DNA of 63,650 nucleotides, counting the filler, from Reclinomonas americana ATCC 50394 (taxonomy: Eukaryota), in the NCBI GenBank assembly GCA_048213135.1. It is 16 parts of 16 records of this genome, joined end to end, with 100 filler letters (N's around TTAATTAATTAA, not from the genome) between each part and the next. Parts side by side here need not be neighbours in the genome. Positions count along the whole stretch, not along the records: positions 34,652 to 41,661 come from AFZH01018836.1; positions 41,762 to 46,748 come from AFZH01018837.1; positions 46,849 to 54,199 come from AFZH01018838.1; 13 more parts are not named here. One strand, 5' to 3'. Every line of letters starts with the position of its first letter. Within the stretch, counting starts at the first letter, position 1. The position numbers were made by a program, and so were the translations under genes. Of the stretch, positions 34,652-47,977 are shown in pieces. The notes beneath the pieces were generated by a model. It searched no databases. It saw nothing but the letters and a program-made list of their open reading frames with translations, and was not told where the DNA came from.

Positions 34652-37600
34652 GGCACGACTTCGTCCTCGGCACTCTTCATCGCCAGAATATTCTCGCTGC
34701 CTTCAAACTCCAGCTCGGCAATGGCGTCGAAACACTTGCGCAAATGCGGCTGCACGGAGCGCGGCTCACGAGTTTGCGACAGAATGGCCAGCAGCTCGTC
34801 GTTCGACAGGAAGTAGAATCGCGGGAAGGCTGCTCGCTTGGTTTCCTGTTGCCGAGTGAAAAGCAAAAAGTGAGAGAAAGTGTGACGTGAGAAAGGCGTG
34901 GCGTGCAACCGTCACGCACCAGGTACTCTTCGAGGCTCTTTTGCACAGCATCGAGGGTGCGGTTGGCGTTCTGGAACATCTCGAGCACACCCGGCGCCGT
35001 GCACAATTGCAGCACGTTCGGGTTGTTGTGTGCCTTGCGCAGTTGCTCTGCACAGAAGGAGTCAGGAAGCAGAACGAGGGAGGGGGGTGTAGGCGCCGTG
35101 TTTGAGACAAACGCACCCTTCCACTGCTTGTCGACCTCCTGGAACAAGGTGGACTCCTTCGGCAACTGCTTCTGGATATCCTCGGACGAGAAGATGAACT
35201 CGAGGTACATCCAGTTGCGCTGGCATGTGGTCCACTCGTCCAGCACCTCGCTCACCACAGAGAGGCGAGTGTCCCACAGCTCAATGTCCTTCTTGATTCC
35301 ACCCACATAGCGGTGACCCATCATGGCCGACAGCTCAATCTGGTTCTCCTCAAGCTGCGTGGTGACCTCCTCCACACCGCCAATGATAAAGACGTCGCGC
35401 TGCTCGCGGTGGTTCTTGACCTCGAAGCACAGCTCGTCCCAGGTGCTGACAATGCCCTGCAGCTTGGTCTCCAGCGATGACTCGCCTTGCGCCTTGGCCG
35501 CCTCCTGCTCCACAATCTCGCGATCTGCAGTCGCCACCCAGTGAGTTTAACAAAAGAAGAGCTCCTCTCTCTCTCTCTTGTATGGGAATGGGAGACGCAA
35601 CGATCGCAAATGTTGGAGGACAGCAGGGTGCCGACCGTGTAATCGCGGTCCTTGAAGTAGTGCTTGTCCATGGCCTGGAAAATCGCACGCCAGTGGCGCT
35701 CCTTGAGAGTCGTGCCGGCCACAGCGGCAATCACCGGCACCTTCTCCATCCAGTCGCGGACCTCGGCCTTGAGCATCTCCGCAACTTCGTCGGGTCCACT
35801 GCCTGTCGCAGCACCGCGCTTGGCCAGACGGAATGAAGCGACCGAGAGGCCCTGGCCAGAGTCTTGCAACTCCTGGCCGTCGAGTGCGGTGATCTCCGTG
35901 GTCTCCCACTCCTCGCGACGCTGACGGAAGTTGGCCAGCGTCTCCCACAGCTCCTGCTCGTACTTGAACTGCGCGTCGGCGGCCGCCAAGTTCTCCCACT
36001 CTTGACCACGAAGCTGCGCAACAAGGAAGAGAAAAAGGTTGAGCAAGAAGACAAACAAACAAATGGGTACACGCAATCAAGAGAGACGCAACTCCAAAGA
36101 GCTGAAGGTAATGCGAGTACGTGACTGTCTTCTCGCGGTAGGCGTTGAGGTTCTCCTTGACATTGGTGAGCACCTCGAGCACGCTCTCGGGGTCGGACTC
36201 GGGGTCCTTGAACATTCCCGAGCGTAGCGAGAGCATCAGCTTGAGGATGGAGGCCTCCAGATCGCGAATGGCCAGCTCCAGCTTCTCGCTCATGCTCTGG
36301 CGCAATCCGTCGGCGTAGTCCTCGGCCTGCGAGAACATCTTCTGGAAACGCTCTCCGAGCTCCGTCAAGTTCTGGAAGCGCACGTGGTCCTCCATGCCAA
36401 TGTCGACCTTGTGCTGATCAATGAGCACGCTCATGGCCGTGACCTCCTCCACCATGTGGGTGCGGTCTTGGTAGCGCGCACGAATGGCGTTGAGGTTCTC
36501 CACAAACATGGCGAAGCGGTCGAGCTGGTCGGGAGTGGACTCCAGTTGCTGTGACGCACAAACACACAATCAGAATCAAAGACGAACGAATACGGGGAGG
36601 AAAATGGCAGCGCTCACCTGCAAGTCATCCTCTAGAGCACCGACTGCCTCGATACACGCGTGGCGGAAGGTGTTCTGCAGCAGCACCTTGGTGCGTGCCA
36701 AAATACGCTCCGTCTCGTCCTTCAAATCCGTCTGCATGGCCTTGTGGTCGACAGTGATCACGCCGAGGCGGTCGACGGCGCGCATGCTGCGGGGAGAAAG
36801 CAAAACATCAGTCAGCAACACCGCGCACGATGCGACCTACTACTTGACTTGTCACGCACCCCTTGATCTCCTTCTCGTTCTTGTTGATGCGCTTAAAGTC
36901 CTTCTCCAGCTGGTACGCCGACAGCGTCTCGGTGTTGTAGGCGTTCTCGTTCCACGAGTGCACGTACTCGTACACGGGCAGGAAGCCGGCGTACTCGGCA
37001 ATGGCCGCCGAAGTGACCTTGTCAAAGTCGCGATGGACGATGCGCGACGAGAGTGTGCTGACGCTCTGGAACACTGGTGTCGAACGCACCGAGTCGCCAA
37101 TGGGAATGGCGTGGACGGTGGTGGCAGTGGCACCGCGGCGGTCCTCGCGGAAGTACTCGGCCAGGTGCTGGTTGAAAATCACACGCGGCACGTGGTTGAC
37201 CAGCGCAATGATGTGCTCCAGGGTGTTGCCGACGGTCTCCTTGATCTCGGACTCGACAGGCGAGAAGAGGATCTTGCCGTCGCGGAACGAAATGATGATC
37301 TGGAAGACCAGTGGTCTCGGCTCACGCGGCCACGACAGCGTGCTGAGGAAGCGTGCCGAGATCTCGCACGTCGACGAAATCAGTTGCTCGGCGACCACGA
37401 AATCGGCCAGGCGGACGACTGCACAGTAGCGAGTATGAGAAAGGGAGGAAAAGGGAACAAGAGAGAGAGGGGGGGAGTGCGACGCACAATCTTTCAGCAT
37501 GCCCTCCTCGGCCTGTGCACGACGCAAGGCCTTCTGACGCTCCTTCAGCTCCTGCGCCTGCTCCGTCATGGACTTGATGCGGCGGCCCTTCTTCTCGGGT

Positions 37601-39205
37601 TGCGCGGTGAGCTATTGATGGAAGTTTAGAGAGGCCACTTCTTTTCGGGGGCGAGTGGGTGGGAGTAAATGAGGAGGCACGCAACGACACCGCCAGCAGC
37701 CAGTGCTTCCCAATTCTCGGCCGAGGCCGCGTCGGGGGCATTGGCGCGCGCCTTGACTTGCTCGCACAGCTTGACCAGCATGTCCTGTGCGGTGTTGATA
37801 GAATGGCATCAGCAAACCACGCTCACACACGGCGGGGCGGGGAGAAAGGACACTACGCAACGTCGATTTCGACAATCGTGTCCTCGAGCACTTTCTGGGC
37901 GTTTTGCCGCTGGTCCGCCTGCTTGCTGGAGAACTTGCTCAGCGAGTCGGGGTCGCGTTGCGGTGTGAGATCCATCAGCATGGTGGTGCGCAGCCGTGAC
38001 GCTGCGGCGGCCTGCAGATCGCACAGCGTGTCGGCAAAGGCCGGTTTGGCCAAGAAGAGGCGATTGGTGAGGCGTTGGCGCGTCTTGCAGAAGCGACGGA
38101 AGCGCACATCTAGAGTGTGTGGTGGGTGAGTAGGAGACGAGTGTGGCACGAGCAACGACAATGGGGCAGACGCAACTCTTGCGCCACTCGCGGAACGCCT
38201 TGGTGATGAGGAAGTTGCGGTAGAAGCGAATGCGCGTCAGCACGTTGAAGAGTGTGGACTCACGCATCCACTGCGAGAGTGAGATGAACTCGGACGGCGA
38301 GCCAGGCGTCACATGCACCACGCCCTCTGCGGACATTGTGTAGTGCTCGGGTTCGGCATCCTCGCGCCGCACCACCACCAGGTCGTACGGGCGGAACTCC
38401 AGGTCCCACTTGTGGAATTTCGGGTTCAGGTGCACGAACTTGATGGGGCCTGCGAGGTGGGGAAAGATGAGCGGCGCAGGGGAAGGGGTGGGAGCAAGAG
38501 GGAAGAGGGCGCAACTGTTGCGGCCGTAGCGTGAAAAGAACGCCACAGCCTCCTCGCCGGTGCGCAACAGACGGCTTTCCTCGTCGTCGGCACCGGCCTG
38601 CTCCGACAGCAACATGGTGGCCAGCAACTGCTCATGCGACGCCGCCGTGCCATCCGCACTGTCAATCTGCGGCGGCACGCCCAGCGCGGCCGCAGCTTGC
38701 GAGGCGCGGTGCAAGCCACCAGCGCCACCACCACCACTGCCGCCCGTCGACAACAGCGCTGCTGCACGACTCGGGTCCACGCGCAACGCTTGCGCCAGCA
38801 GCGTGGTCCTCATTGATCCCTGCGCCGATGCCATGGCCTCCATGGCCGCCTGCGCACCGCCGCCACCACCACCAGTGCCGCCTTCTGAGGAGTCGGCGGG
38901 GAACGGTCCACCGCCTGCACCTGTGCCACCTCCCGCTCCCTTGCGTCGTCGACCTGCTCGTGGAAGCAGGAGGTCAGAGAGTGGGGACAGAAGGGGAAGT
39001 GTGTGTGTGTGTGTTGAAGTGTGTAAAGTACCGATAGTGGTCGGCTGCATGGCGACTGGCTTGGGCGGTCGACCAAAGGTGAGTCGTTGACGCACTTGTG
39101 GCGTGTCGTAGTCATACACGTCTTCTTGTGGAGTGAACTCAAACACCGTCTGGAGAGTGAACAAAAACGGTCGTGCGAGTGAGTGAGTGAGAGACACACA
39201 CAAGA

Positions 39206-39240
<35 letters not shown>

Positions 39241-39408
39241 CGCGCGCAACTCCTTCGCGAAGCCGCTGCTCGACCTCCTCTGGTGCGAGGTGCACCGTCG
39301 GCTTGGCCGTCGAGTGAAGGACTGGTTTCTCTGCGTGCGCACACACATTGTGAGTAAACACACACAGAGGCAACACGCCTCTCTCTCTCACACTCTCTCA
39401 CCTGCCAT
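34652..39408 (-). CDS. axonemal inner-arm dynein heavy chain, N-terminal half (DNAH6-like), 3'-truncated
   Basis: [105 protein letters not shown]. About 13 introns checked for frame. Confidence 0.92.
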
Positions 39409-39712
39409 ACTTGCGAATCACAGTCTCTTCTCTCTCACACTCACAACTGATGATGAGCGCGCGAAATCCGCACACACACTCGTACCCACACACACACGAA
39501 AGAGAGTCTGTGTGTGTAGACAGACGAGTAGAAAGAGAACAGAAAGAAAAAAAGAGAAAGGGGTGTTCGCGCGAAACACACACAACAACAAACAAACAAA
39601 AAATGCAATCACTTGCTTGCCGTTATCGAATGACTCATCATCTCAATTGTCATCATTCATTGTTTGTGTCGCGCACAAGTCGCGCTCGGTTTTTTGTGCG
39701 TTCCTCGTCGGG

Positions 39713-41621
39713 TTATATGCCACCGACAGCTGCGGGAATGACGTGGAATGTCTGTGCGTGCACAAAGGGCGATGAGCAATGCAGCGATGGCTTTCTCATT
39801 TCGAGTGCGATCTCTCACCGATGATGCTGGTGGGAGCGAGTCACTGGAGATGTCCATGGCGCCGCTGCATTCGCTGTCGGATGTGGCAGGTGAGGGCGCG
39901 CCAATGGCGCCGCCACTCAGGTCGTCGTCGCCGCCCGCGCTGGCGTCGAGCGCGACCAGCTCTTCCTCGTCGTCTTCGCGCTCGGTCTTGGCGGAGAGCG
40001 CGGCAAAGGCGACGCTTGATGGCACGTGGCCGGCGTCGGAGAGCATCTTGAGCAGCGCGCGGACGACCTCTTCGGCGGAGAGGTGGTTGTTCTCCAGCTC
40101 AAAGTCCCAGCCAAAGGTCTGAGGGGAAGAGGAGAAGGAGTGAGGGAAAATGGGGAAGGGGGGAGAAGAGAAGGAGAGAGGAGGGAGGAGGGAGGAAGGG
40201 AGGGGAGAGAGAGACAAAGAAACAAGGCGAGGCAGTGAGAATGTAGAACAATCGAGAAGTGCAGAAACAGAGAGGAGAGACAAAGAAACAAGGCGAAACA
40301 GCGAGGATGCAGACAAACAAAAGTGCAAAGTAGTGCGTGAAGCAGAGAGGGAGAGAGTGAGTGAACGAGAGACGTGGCAGAAGCATGATGGCACGAGTCT
40401 GCATAAAAGGGAGAAGGAGAGACAAAGAAACAAGGCGAAACAGAGACGTGGCAGAAGCAACTTGGCACAAATTTACATGAAACAGAGAAGGTGTGTGTGT
40501 GTGAGAGAGAGAGGGAGAAGCAAGGCGAAACCGCGAGAATGCAGAACGAGCAAGAAGTGCAACGCAGTCTGCATGAGGGATGGAAGACCCGGGCCCAACT
40601 CCTCTTTCCCCCCTCCTCGCTCGTCACGAACCGTGTAAAACTGTCGCACTTTCTGCATCCAGTCCCAGCGATCCTCACGGTACTTTTTGCGTTCGGGCTC
40701 GCGCTTGAGGCGCTGGCAGATGCGGTCCCACAGAATGTCCTCGTTCACGCGCAGTGACACGGTGATGACCTGCCAGGAGACATAAGTGACAGCAGCAATG
40801 AGAGACGGGAGTGACTGACACGCACCCGAATGTTGGCTTGTGCTTCGAGCTCGGTGACCTGCTGTCGGATCACCTGCTCCAGCAAGTGGCCGCTCTCGGC
40901 GTAGAACACGGCCGAGTATGGTGAGCTGCACGGAAAAACATGGTAAGCAACAAAAAACACGAGCGAGAGACAAGCACACGAGAGACAGACCGATCGGCAA
41001 TGAAGACCGTGTTCTCCGCGATACGACCCTGTTTCCGCACCTCGCACTGCTTACGCAGCAGACGCTGGAACCAGTGCGCGATCCAGTACGTCTCCATGAC
41101 CAGACTCTGTGTAAAAAAAAAAGAAATAAAATGAGCTTCGAATTCCCGCGCAACCGAGTGGCAAATGGAAAAGACCTGTGGGTGAAGACCGTACTCGGGC
41201 TGATCAAGGAAGCCCTCGTCGAGCACCTCAAAGCCATACAGACGCGCCAGTTGCTGGCACAGTTCTGTCTTGCCACTTCCTGTTGAGAGAGAGAGAGGGT
41301 GTGTGTGAGTAAGAGATCAGGTGGACATGGCCAGTGTGTGTGGGAGGAGGGAGAGAGGAGAGGTGACTGTGTGCGTGCGCTCGTGTGTGCGTGTGCGTGG
41401 TGAGGGAGGTGAGTGGTGCGTGTGCGTGTGAGGGAAGATGCGGTGTCATGACATGTGAAAGTTGTCATGATGTACACAGAGTCGCAGCAGAGAGTGGAGA
41501 GTGGACGTGCTTGCGCAAGAGGAGAGAGAGAGAGAAAGCGCATGCGTGCATGTGTGCGCGGTGAAAGTGCGAGGTTCAAGTGGCTCTCACCATGGCAGCC
41601 TTCCAAGCAGATAACGTACAT
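39713..41621 (-). CDS. P-loop nucleoside/nucleotide monophosphate kinase-like protein
   Basis: MYVICLEGCHG|SGKTELC (Walker A split by an intron), VFIADR|SPYSAVFY (DRS motif of dTMP/dN kinases), RICQRLKREP. Confidence 0.75.
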
Positions 41622-41761
41622 GACTCTCTCTCTCTCTGTTCCTCTCAGTGTGCGTGTTGTCNNNNNNNNNNNNNNNNNNNNNNNNNNNNNNNNNNNNNNN
41701 NNNNNTTAATTAATTAANNNNNNNNNNNNNNNNNNNNNNNNNNNNNNNNNNNNNNNNNNNN

Positions 41762-42163
41762 GACATCGCGCACCTCGATGAATCCCGAGTGATCTCTGTC
41801 GGCTGCCTGAAACGCCTGCGTCGACATGGTCAAGAAGTGCCGACTCTTCTTCACGAACCTGCGAAGACCCATCGTGATGAAGGTGGAGGGGTGTTAACAG
41901 CCCACTGTCACGCACAACGGAACGCAACTGCTGCAACTGTGTCTGAATGCGCGGCCACGCACTCGTGTCCACATCCGCTCGCGCTCGAGTGGCCTGTGCG
42001 CGCGCGCGCGCGACACAACGAAGACAACACGTGAGGTCAGACACATTGACGTCGCACGACGACAACTTCCGCGTCTCTGCGCAACATCGTTCAACCGCGA
42101 GGCGACCGAGGAGATGTGCTCGGGCGACTTGGCCACTGGTGGACGCGATGCTCCGCAGCCCAT
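41762..42163 (-). CDS. hypothetical protein with N-terminal acylation motif, 3'-partial
   Basis: Starts MGCGAS (myristoylation plus palmitoylation type); runs into the gap. Confidence 0.5.
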
Positions 42164-42219
42164 CTTGTACTCTGTGAGACACTGACGCAAAACACTGACA
42201 GGACACACGACTTAATTAA

Positions 42220-43163
42220 ATGCGACGAGGGAGCGCTCTGTCGACCCTCCTTGTGATTCTCGCACTGTCGTTGCTGGTGGGCGGTGAGGAGGATGACTTT
42301 TGTCCGGCGGCCACTTCATGCGAGGAGTGCATGGAGGCCGGTGCAGGGTGTCAATGTTGCACAACGTGCTTTTTGACAGCTTGCAATACACACGGCGCTC
42401 ATTGTTGGTGGTCGCAGGGTGTGATTCCAGCAGCAAGTGTGCACAAACCTGCGCGTGCGGAGCCATGAAGTGTGTGACGGAGGCGTGTCCAGCTCTCTGT
42501 TGCGTTGCGCGTGATGATGTGTGACTGGGAAGTTTTTCCGTTGTGCTTACGTACTTGCGTGGAGCAGGGATTACGAGTGCAGTGAGTGTGTGGCTTGGTT
42601 TATTGTTGCTGTTGTTGCAAGAGAAGTTTCTCTTATCGCGCTGTGTCTTGTGCAGGTCGGCATCAGCGTGCTGGTCATGTCGTCCGCTGTGCTTGTCTCC
42701 ATCATTGTGGTTATCAGCGTGCTCGTTGTGAGAAGGAAGCGACGACGACAGGCCTCTCGTGCTCTCCTGCTGAACACTGATCCAGGCGGTTTCGTCGCGC
42801 ACCACGCATTCTCCCCCCTCCCTGCTTGTGTCTCATCTCTCTCTCGATGCAGAGCGCAATCTGCCGGGTCGTGCCTTTTCGCCGACAGCAGCGCAGGGCA
42901 GCACGTGGCACATCCCCTCGTCTCCCCCCATTCTGACATCGACCAACACGTCGGCGGTGGCGCTCGGTGGCCGAGCGCGGTCCATTTCTAGTTCTGGTGG
43001 GAACTCGTACCAGACGGCGACTCTGCCGCAGTTCACAGACTCACCACCGCTTCTGTTGCGTCTATCGACACGCTCATGCATGGGCCTATCCATGTCTCAC
43101 GCTTTCCCTCGTTTGTGCACAAACAGAGGCAATCGCCTTCCCTCGTATCCAAAACGGAAGTGA
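42220..43163 (+). CDS. type I membrane protein with Cys-rich (PSI-like) ectodomain
   Basis: Signal peptide, CPAATSCEECMEAGAGCQ.., transmembrane VGISVLVMSSAVLVSIIVVISVLVV followed by RRKRRR. Confidence 0.6.
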
Positions 43164-43196
43164 AACCAATGTCGCGTTCAGTCGTTTTATTGTTAT

Positions 43197-45574
43197 TCAC
43201 CAGTACGCAGAGGAGCCTAGCGCGTCGGCCCACGAGGCCACATGCGTCGGTAATGTCGCACGCAGTCGCAAGCACATTCTACACGGTGCATGAGTCAGGC
43301 ACGTCAAAATCGGCGAGTAGAAACAGTTGGCGTACCTTCGCAGTTCGTCGCATCGCAGATCGAATGCAAAGGTGCGGTCGGCAGTGCTGACCTGGTGCAC
43401 CAAGCCAACGTCGGCGTGCAGCCGCTGGAAGCATCGCCGCAGCACGGTGGGTGTGTACGGTCGCCCGCCCTCCGTTGCAATCACGTCCCTCAGTTCCGTA
43501 TTCGTGCCACGCTGTTGATAGAGGAGTCAGCAACAACTTGTGCACATGGAGGGCTGAGAGCAGAGGGCGTACTCCTCTCTCACTCTTCCTGGCCCCCACC
43601 ACTCACCTTCTTGCCAGTGGCCAGTTCCATGTAGTCAGTGTACACATCCTCGAAAGCAAACGCTGCCTTTTCGCGCTCGTGCAGTCGACACATGCAGATG
43701 CAGAGAATGATCTCGGCCACCGACAGCGCTGCGAGTGCACGGCGCTGAGCGACTCACGTGCACGCACATGCAAGAATGACACACTTGTCGATTACCTTCC
43801 ACAATCCGCTCCACTCCCGGTTTCCGACTATCCCGAACACACGCGAGGAACCAGTCGGCGGTCCATGCCGACGCTGCTTCCACTCGCTGCAACAGCGCCA
43901 ACTGCAAGGGAGAAGAGGTGAGCAAGTGGCGCACTCATTTTTCGTATCCGGCACATCGCCACGCAACAGCCAGTCGCTGAATCTCGGCCGCCACACATCC
44001 TTCGGCAATCCACGTCTCCAGTGCATCCACCACTGCCGGCTCCTCCAGACACCGAGAGATGCCTCGGGAGGCCGCCTTTAGCAGCGCCTGCTGCGCGCCG
44101 TCGCTGCCGACCACATTCGCAGGCGCAAAGTAGTGCTGTCACAAGGGGAAGCGGGTGAGAGAGATACAAATCAGCAGGCTGGAAGCATCCACATAGACAC
44201 ACACCCGCAAGAGCATCATTGGGGCTCCGGCCGACTGGAACTCAGTGAAAAAGATCTGCCGATGAGAGAAGCGACTCTTGACACGCTTCTCCAACAGGTC
44301 CATGGCATTCTGTTGGGTCAATCATGGTCAGCTCTGCAGAACTCACTCTGTCACCACTTCGCTTGATACGCAACTGGCCGCAAGGCGAGACCCGCGACAA
44401 AGATACACGCCTGCATTTCGTGCACCACATCGAGAAGCGCATACAGCGTCTTGCCGCAGGTGGTGGCGATCAACTCAAAGTGCTCCAGACTGATCACAAT
44501 CGGTCGGTCGCACTCAATCACCATGTCCGTCATCAGCGTCAACTGGCGAATCAGGCAAACGTATGTGAACAGGCGTTACTGTCTCTCCCTCTCTCTCGTG
44601 CAAAAAAACGGACACGCACCATGGCTTGCTCTGACAGTGTGGCCGCATCGTCCAGTGTCGAACGTGACGAAAACACCACATCGCTAATCGTCTGTCGCTT
44701 GCCCTTGTCGATGAATGACGGTGGTGGTGGTTTGCCAGAGCTGCCCGCTGCGGCCGACGACGCCGGCGCTTGCCCCTCCGACGCCAGTTGTTCCTCTGCA
44801 GGGGAACGATGAGTACGGGGAGTGAAGGGGAGGAGACGGCGGCGGTGCGGCCGTGAAGGTGGTGGCGGAAAAAGGGGGGGAAGGGGAAAGAGGAGATCCA
44901 CAAAGGGGACGGGAGGAGAAGCGCTCTTCTCTGAAACATTAAGAGTCCTGTTGAGGGAAAATGAATGCCGCACGCACCAATGTCTTGGGCAAACTTGCAA
45001 AAGGGCGCAATGCCGTTGCATACGGCGCGGGCCAGCGATCGATTGTCGGCGTGCGTGAGACCATTGATGCGAACCCACACAAACGCGTCGCTCTTGACCT
45101 CGGCCTCCTCCTGCACCTTGCGGAGACAATACTCCAACACCGACGACTGCATCGTGCGACGGCAAAGTGAGAACACACATTCACAAAATGCCAGACGATG
45201 TACTCCACACCTTGGATGTTCCGTGCCCGCCGGTGAGCAGCACCGACGCATTCTCCTTGTTGGTGATCGAGTGTCGCAGCATCTCCAACAACGCGCTGTG
45301 TGTGCACAGCGCAAAAATGAGTGGAAACCAACACATGCTCCACACAGCAGCTTCCCGTACCCAGCCTGGTAGTCCACACCGGCGAGGCATGTCGGATGTG
45401 GATCGAGAATACGCCGACGAAGAAACGACAGCGCATGATCTACCACAGTTGCACCCTCGTCACCCTGCGACGAGGAGAGGTCACGAGTGAGCTCTCCCCT
45501 CGATGGACTTCCCGAGTCAGGCACGACAACAAACCGCGCGTCTTCGCTTTTGCGGTGGTTCCGGCACGCCGTCG

Positions 45575-45623
<49 letters not shown>

Positions 45624-46221
45624 TGGTGGTGGTGGTGGTCGGCGTCGTCGTGGTTGCCGCCAGTTCTGATTCTGCAGCGGCACGCCCTCGTTTCCTCCGT
45701 GGCACAGCTGCTGCTGCAGCTGCAGGTCCAGGATCGGAGGCCTGCGAATCAGGCACCAGAGCGACTGTGATGATATCGTGCGGGTCAGTGTCCAGCAAAC
45801 GACAGGCGATCGTGCTGGTCGCATGCGCAACGAGTGTACTTGTCGTACAAGTCCTCTGCTTCTTCGCGACTGACGATGGCCACCTCGGCCTGCCGGAAAC
45901 CCACCGATCCTGGACGCGATGCGGCGATCAATCAATCATTTGATGCACTCACACACACGGACACACGCGCACTCACGCACCAGGGAACGACTCGCGCAGA
46001 AACGCCAACACACGCTTCACCTCGTCGACATCAACACGGGCAGCGGTCGCGCACGCCTGCAGACAGTGAGGATTCCTGCATTCACGTACACACACACCTC
46101 ACGCACAGACCTCCAGAAACGCGTTACCATACTGCTCTGGTCGGCGTTTGAACACCAGCGACGTGCTGTGGGCCTTGAGCTCGTGCAGGATGGCCTTGAC
46201 CAGTGCGCACCACGCCTCCAT
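43197..46221 (-). CDS. ORC4: origin recognition complex subunit 4 with N-terminal extension
   Basis: ENASVLLTGGHGTSK, VRINGLTHAD, TLYALLD, MDLLEKRVKSRFSHRQI (diagnostic). Upstream exons splice in frame back to about ATG 46221; ends approximate. Confidence 0.85.
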
Positions 46222-46263
46222 TGTGACGACAAGGACGAGGACAGACAACTATCCACATTCACT

Positions 46264-46693
46264 TCACTCCTCATCATCGCCTCCCGTCATCTCAAACTCA
46301 CTCGGCTGCGCCGCCTCGGCGTCGTCGTCCATCACCACCGGAGCGCCACTTCGTGTCACTGTCGGAGGCGGTGGGCTGTCGGCCGCTCCTGCTGCTGCTG
46401 CGACGGTGGCGGCGACGGCGGCTGCCGCCGCACCAGAAGGCACGCTCGGCGTGTCCGACGACACCTCCAGGTCATCGTCGTCGAACTCGTACTCCATGGC
46501 CACGGCATCGGCGGCCGACGCCGACGCTCCGCCACTGCTGTAGGTAATGTCGACCGGCATGGCTTTGCCGTCCTTCTCGCGCTCCTTGAAGTACGACAGA
46601 CTCTGCGCAAAGTACTGGTTCGGGTGATTGATGGGCTGCGTCTCCTCCCACGCACGTGGGTGCGTCAACTGGAAGAACTTTTTGCACGCCAGC
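46264..46693 (-). CDS. PRIM2: DNA primase large subunit, last exon
   Basis: LACKKFFQLTHP...PINHPNQYFAQS matches the PriL C-terminal Fe-S domain end (ACxxYFE..H....NHPNQFF..S). Confidence 0.8.
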
Positions 46694-46848
46694 TGCAGAC
46701 ATCACACATGTCAGCTCCCAACCAGCCACTGCGCGCAGCGTCACACCCNNNNNNNNNNNNNNNNNNNNNNNNNNNNNNNNNNNNNNNNNNNNTTAATTAA
46801 TTAANNNNNNNNNNNNNNNNNNNNNNNNNNNNNNNNNNNNNNNNNNNN

Positions 46849-47579
46849 GTCAGCATCGTCGTCGCCACCACCGCCGGCGGAGAAACGCAGCAAGCAGGCG
46901 ACAGAAGAGGAGGAAATGCTGGAGGATGGAGTCGAGGAGGACATGTCACACCCTGTTGTCGACGACGACGATGAGGAGGATGATGATGACATGCTGGGGT
47001 TGCCGAAGCAGTGGGTGGACCCCACTCAGTGTTGCGTTCTGGGGCATGACCTTCTCTCTCTCTCTCGCTCTCTGTTGCTGACTACAGTGTGCACCATTAG
47101 ATCGACTGGTGAAGCGAGCTCCGTTGCGCGGGCCTGCGCGTCGCGGCACCATGTACATTCGCCATCGCAGTAGCGTGCATGCGCTGTACAATCGAGTGTG
47201 TCGGCTGTTTGTGGACCACGGGTCTGTTTGCTTTGCATTTCTTGGTCGGAGAAACTTGTGTGTCGTCGCTCATTGTGTGCTTGCCATAAGGCTCAAGTCG
47301 GTGCATGTGCACGCGCTGGGCGCGGCGGTGAACAAGGCTGTGGATGTGGCGTTGATGGTGCGCGATCGTGCGCAGGTGGGCAAGGTGGAGCTGCGGCCGC
47401 GCACCACGACCGAGGTGGTGATTGATGATTTCGAGCCACTGGTCGATGTTGCGTTGCGCCACTCGTCTCCTCACCTCTTCTGTTGTGCTGCTGACTCTCC
47501 GTTGCACGCACAGGGCTTGCCACCGCTGTCGCAGCGACGATACACCACCGGCATGCACATTGAGATCGCGCGTGTGTGA
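46849..47579 (+). CDS. POP7: RNase P/MRP subunit Rpp20 (Alba fold)
   Basis: YRLVKRAPLRGPARRGTMYIR...VHVHALGAAVNKAVDVAL...TTTEVVIDDFEP...RRYTTGMHIEI; three introns. Confidence 0.85.
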
Positions 47580-47977
47580 TCGGATGAGAAAGGAGAGAGA
47601 CAACGAGCTGGCCGAGGTGACGACGACGACGAATCAGGTTCACTCGGTCGCGATTGAGACGACGAGCGCTCTCAACACCAACACACACACACACACATAT
47701 ACGCACGTACGCACGCACGCACGCGCAGCGTGTCGCACGCCAGACGACACGCTCACCACAGAAAAAACGAGTGTCGCGACAGCGGCCCGACGAGGCCGCA
47801 AGTAAAAAAAAGAAAAACTCAAGAAGAAGAGCGAAAGAAATGCATATATTTGCCGAGAACGAGACGGTTTGTCGGGTCACGAGCAACCGATATGTAGAGC
47901 GCGAGAGAAAGAGGGAAGGGAGAAGGGACAGATACAGCACACACACACACACATACAAGGGACAAGCGACATCTGAA

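Noticed and set aside
27552..34652. Virus inserted between PLCXD and the dynein gene, or disrupting dynein
   Set aside because: Both junctions are gaps, no TIR or TSD is visible, and the rest of dynein is absent. Some gaps are bridged by genes (CTNS, RPP30, LRRC56, protease), but these two are not.
35595..35605. Non-canonical TT-AG introns as an alternative reading of the GTTGCG donors
   Set aside because: Cutting after the G breaks the reading frame at conserved motifs; only GT-AG boundaries keep the frame.
36484..37629. Long plus-strand ORFs over the dynein gene and similar antisense ORFs elsewhere
   Set aside because: Antisense shadows of GC-rich coding exons, with no recognisable motifs.
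44514..45935. 473-aa ORF with a poly-Gln tract
   Set aside because: Splicing puts the CAG/GCA repeat in the poly-Ala frame of ORC4; the ORF is a mix of exon and intron sequence.
18768..47579. Clustering of two RNase P/MRP subunits (RPP30, POP7)
   Set aside because: They are on different contigs separated by joins not shown to be contiguous; likely coincidence.
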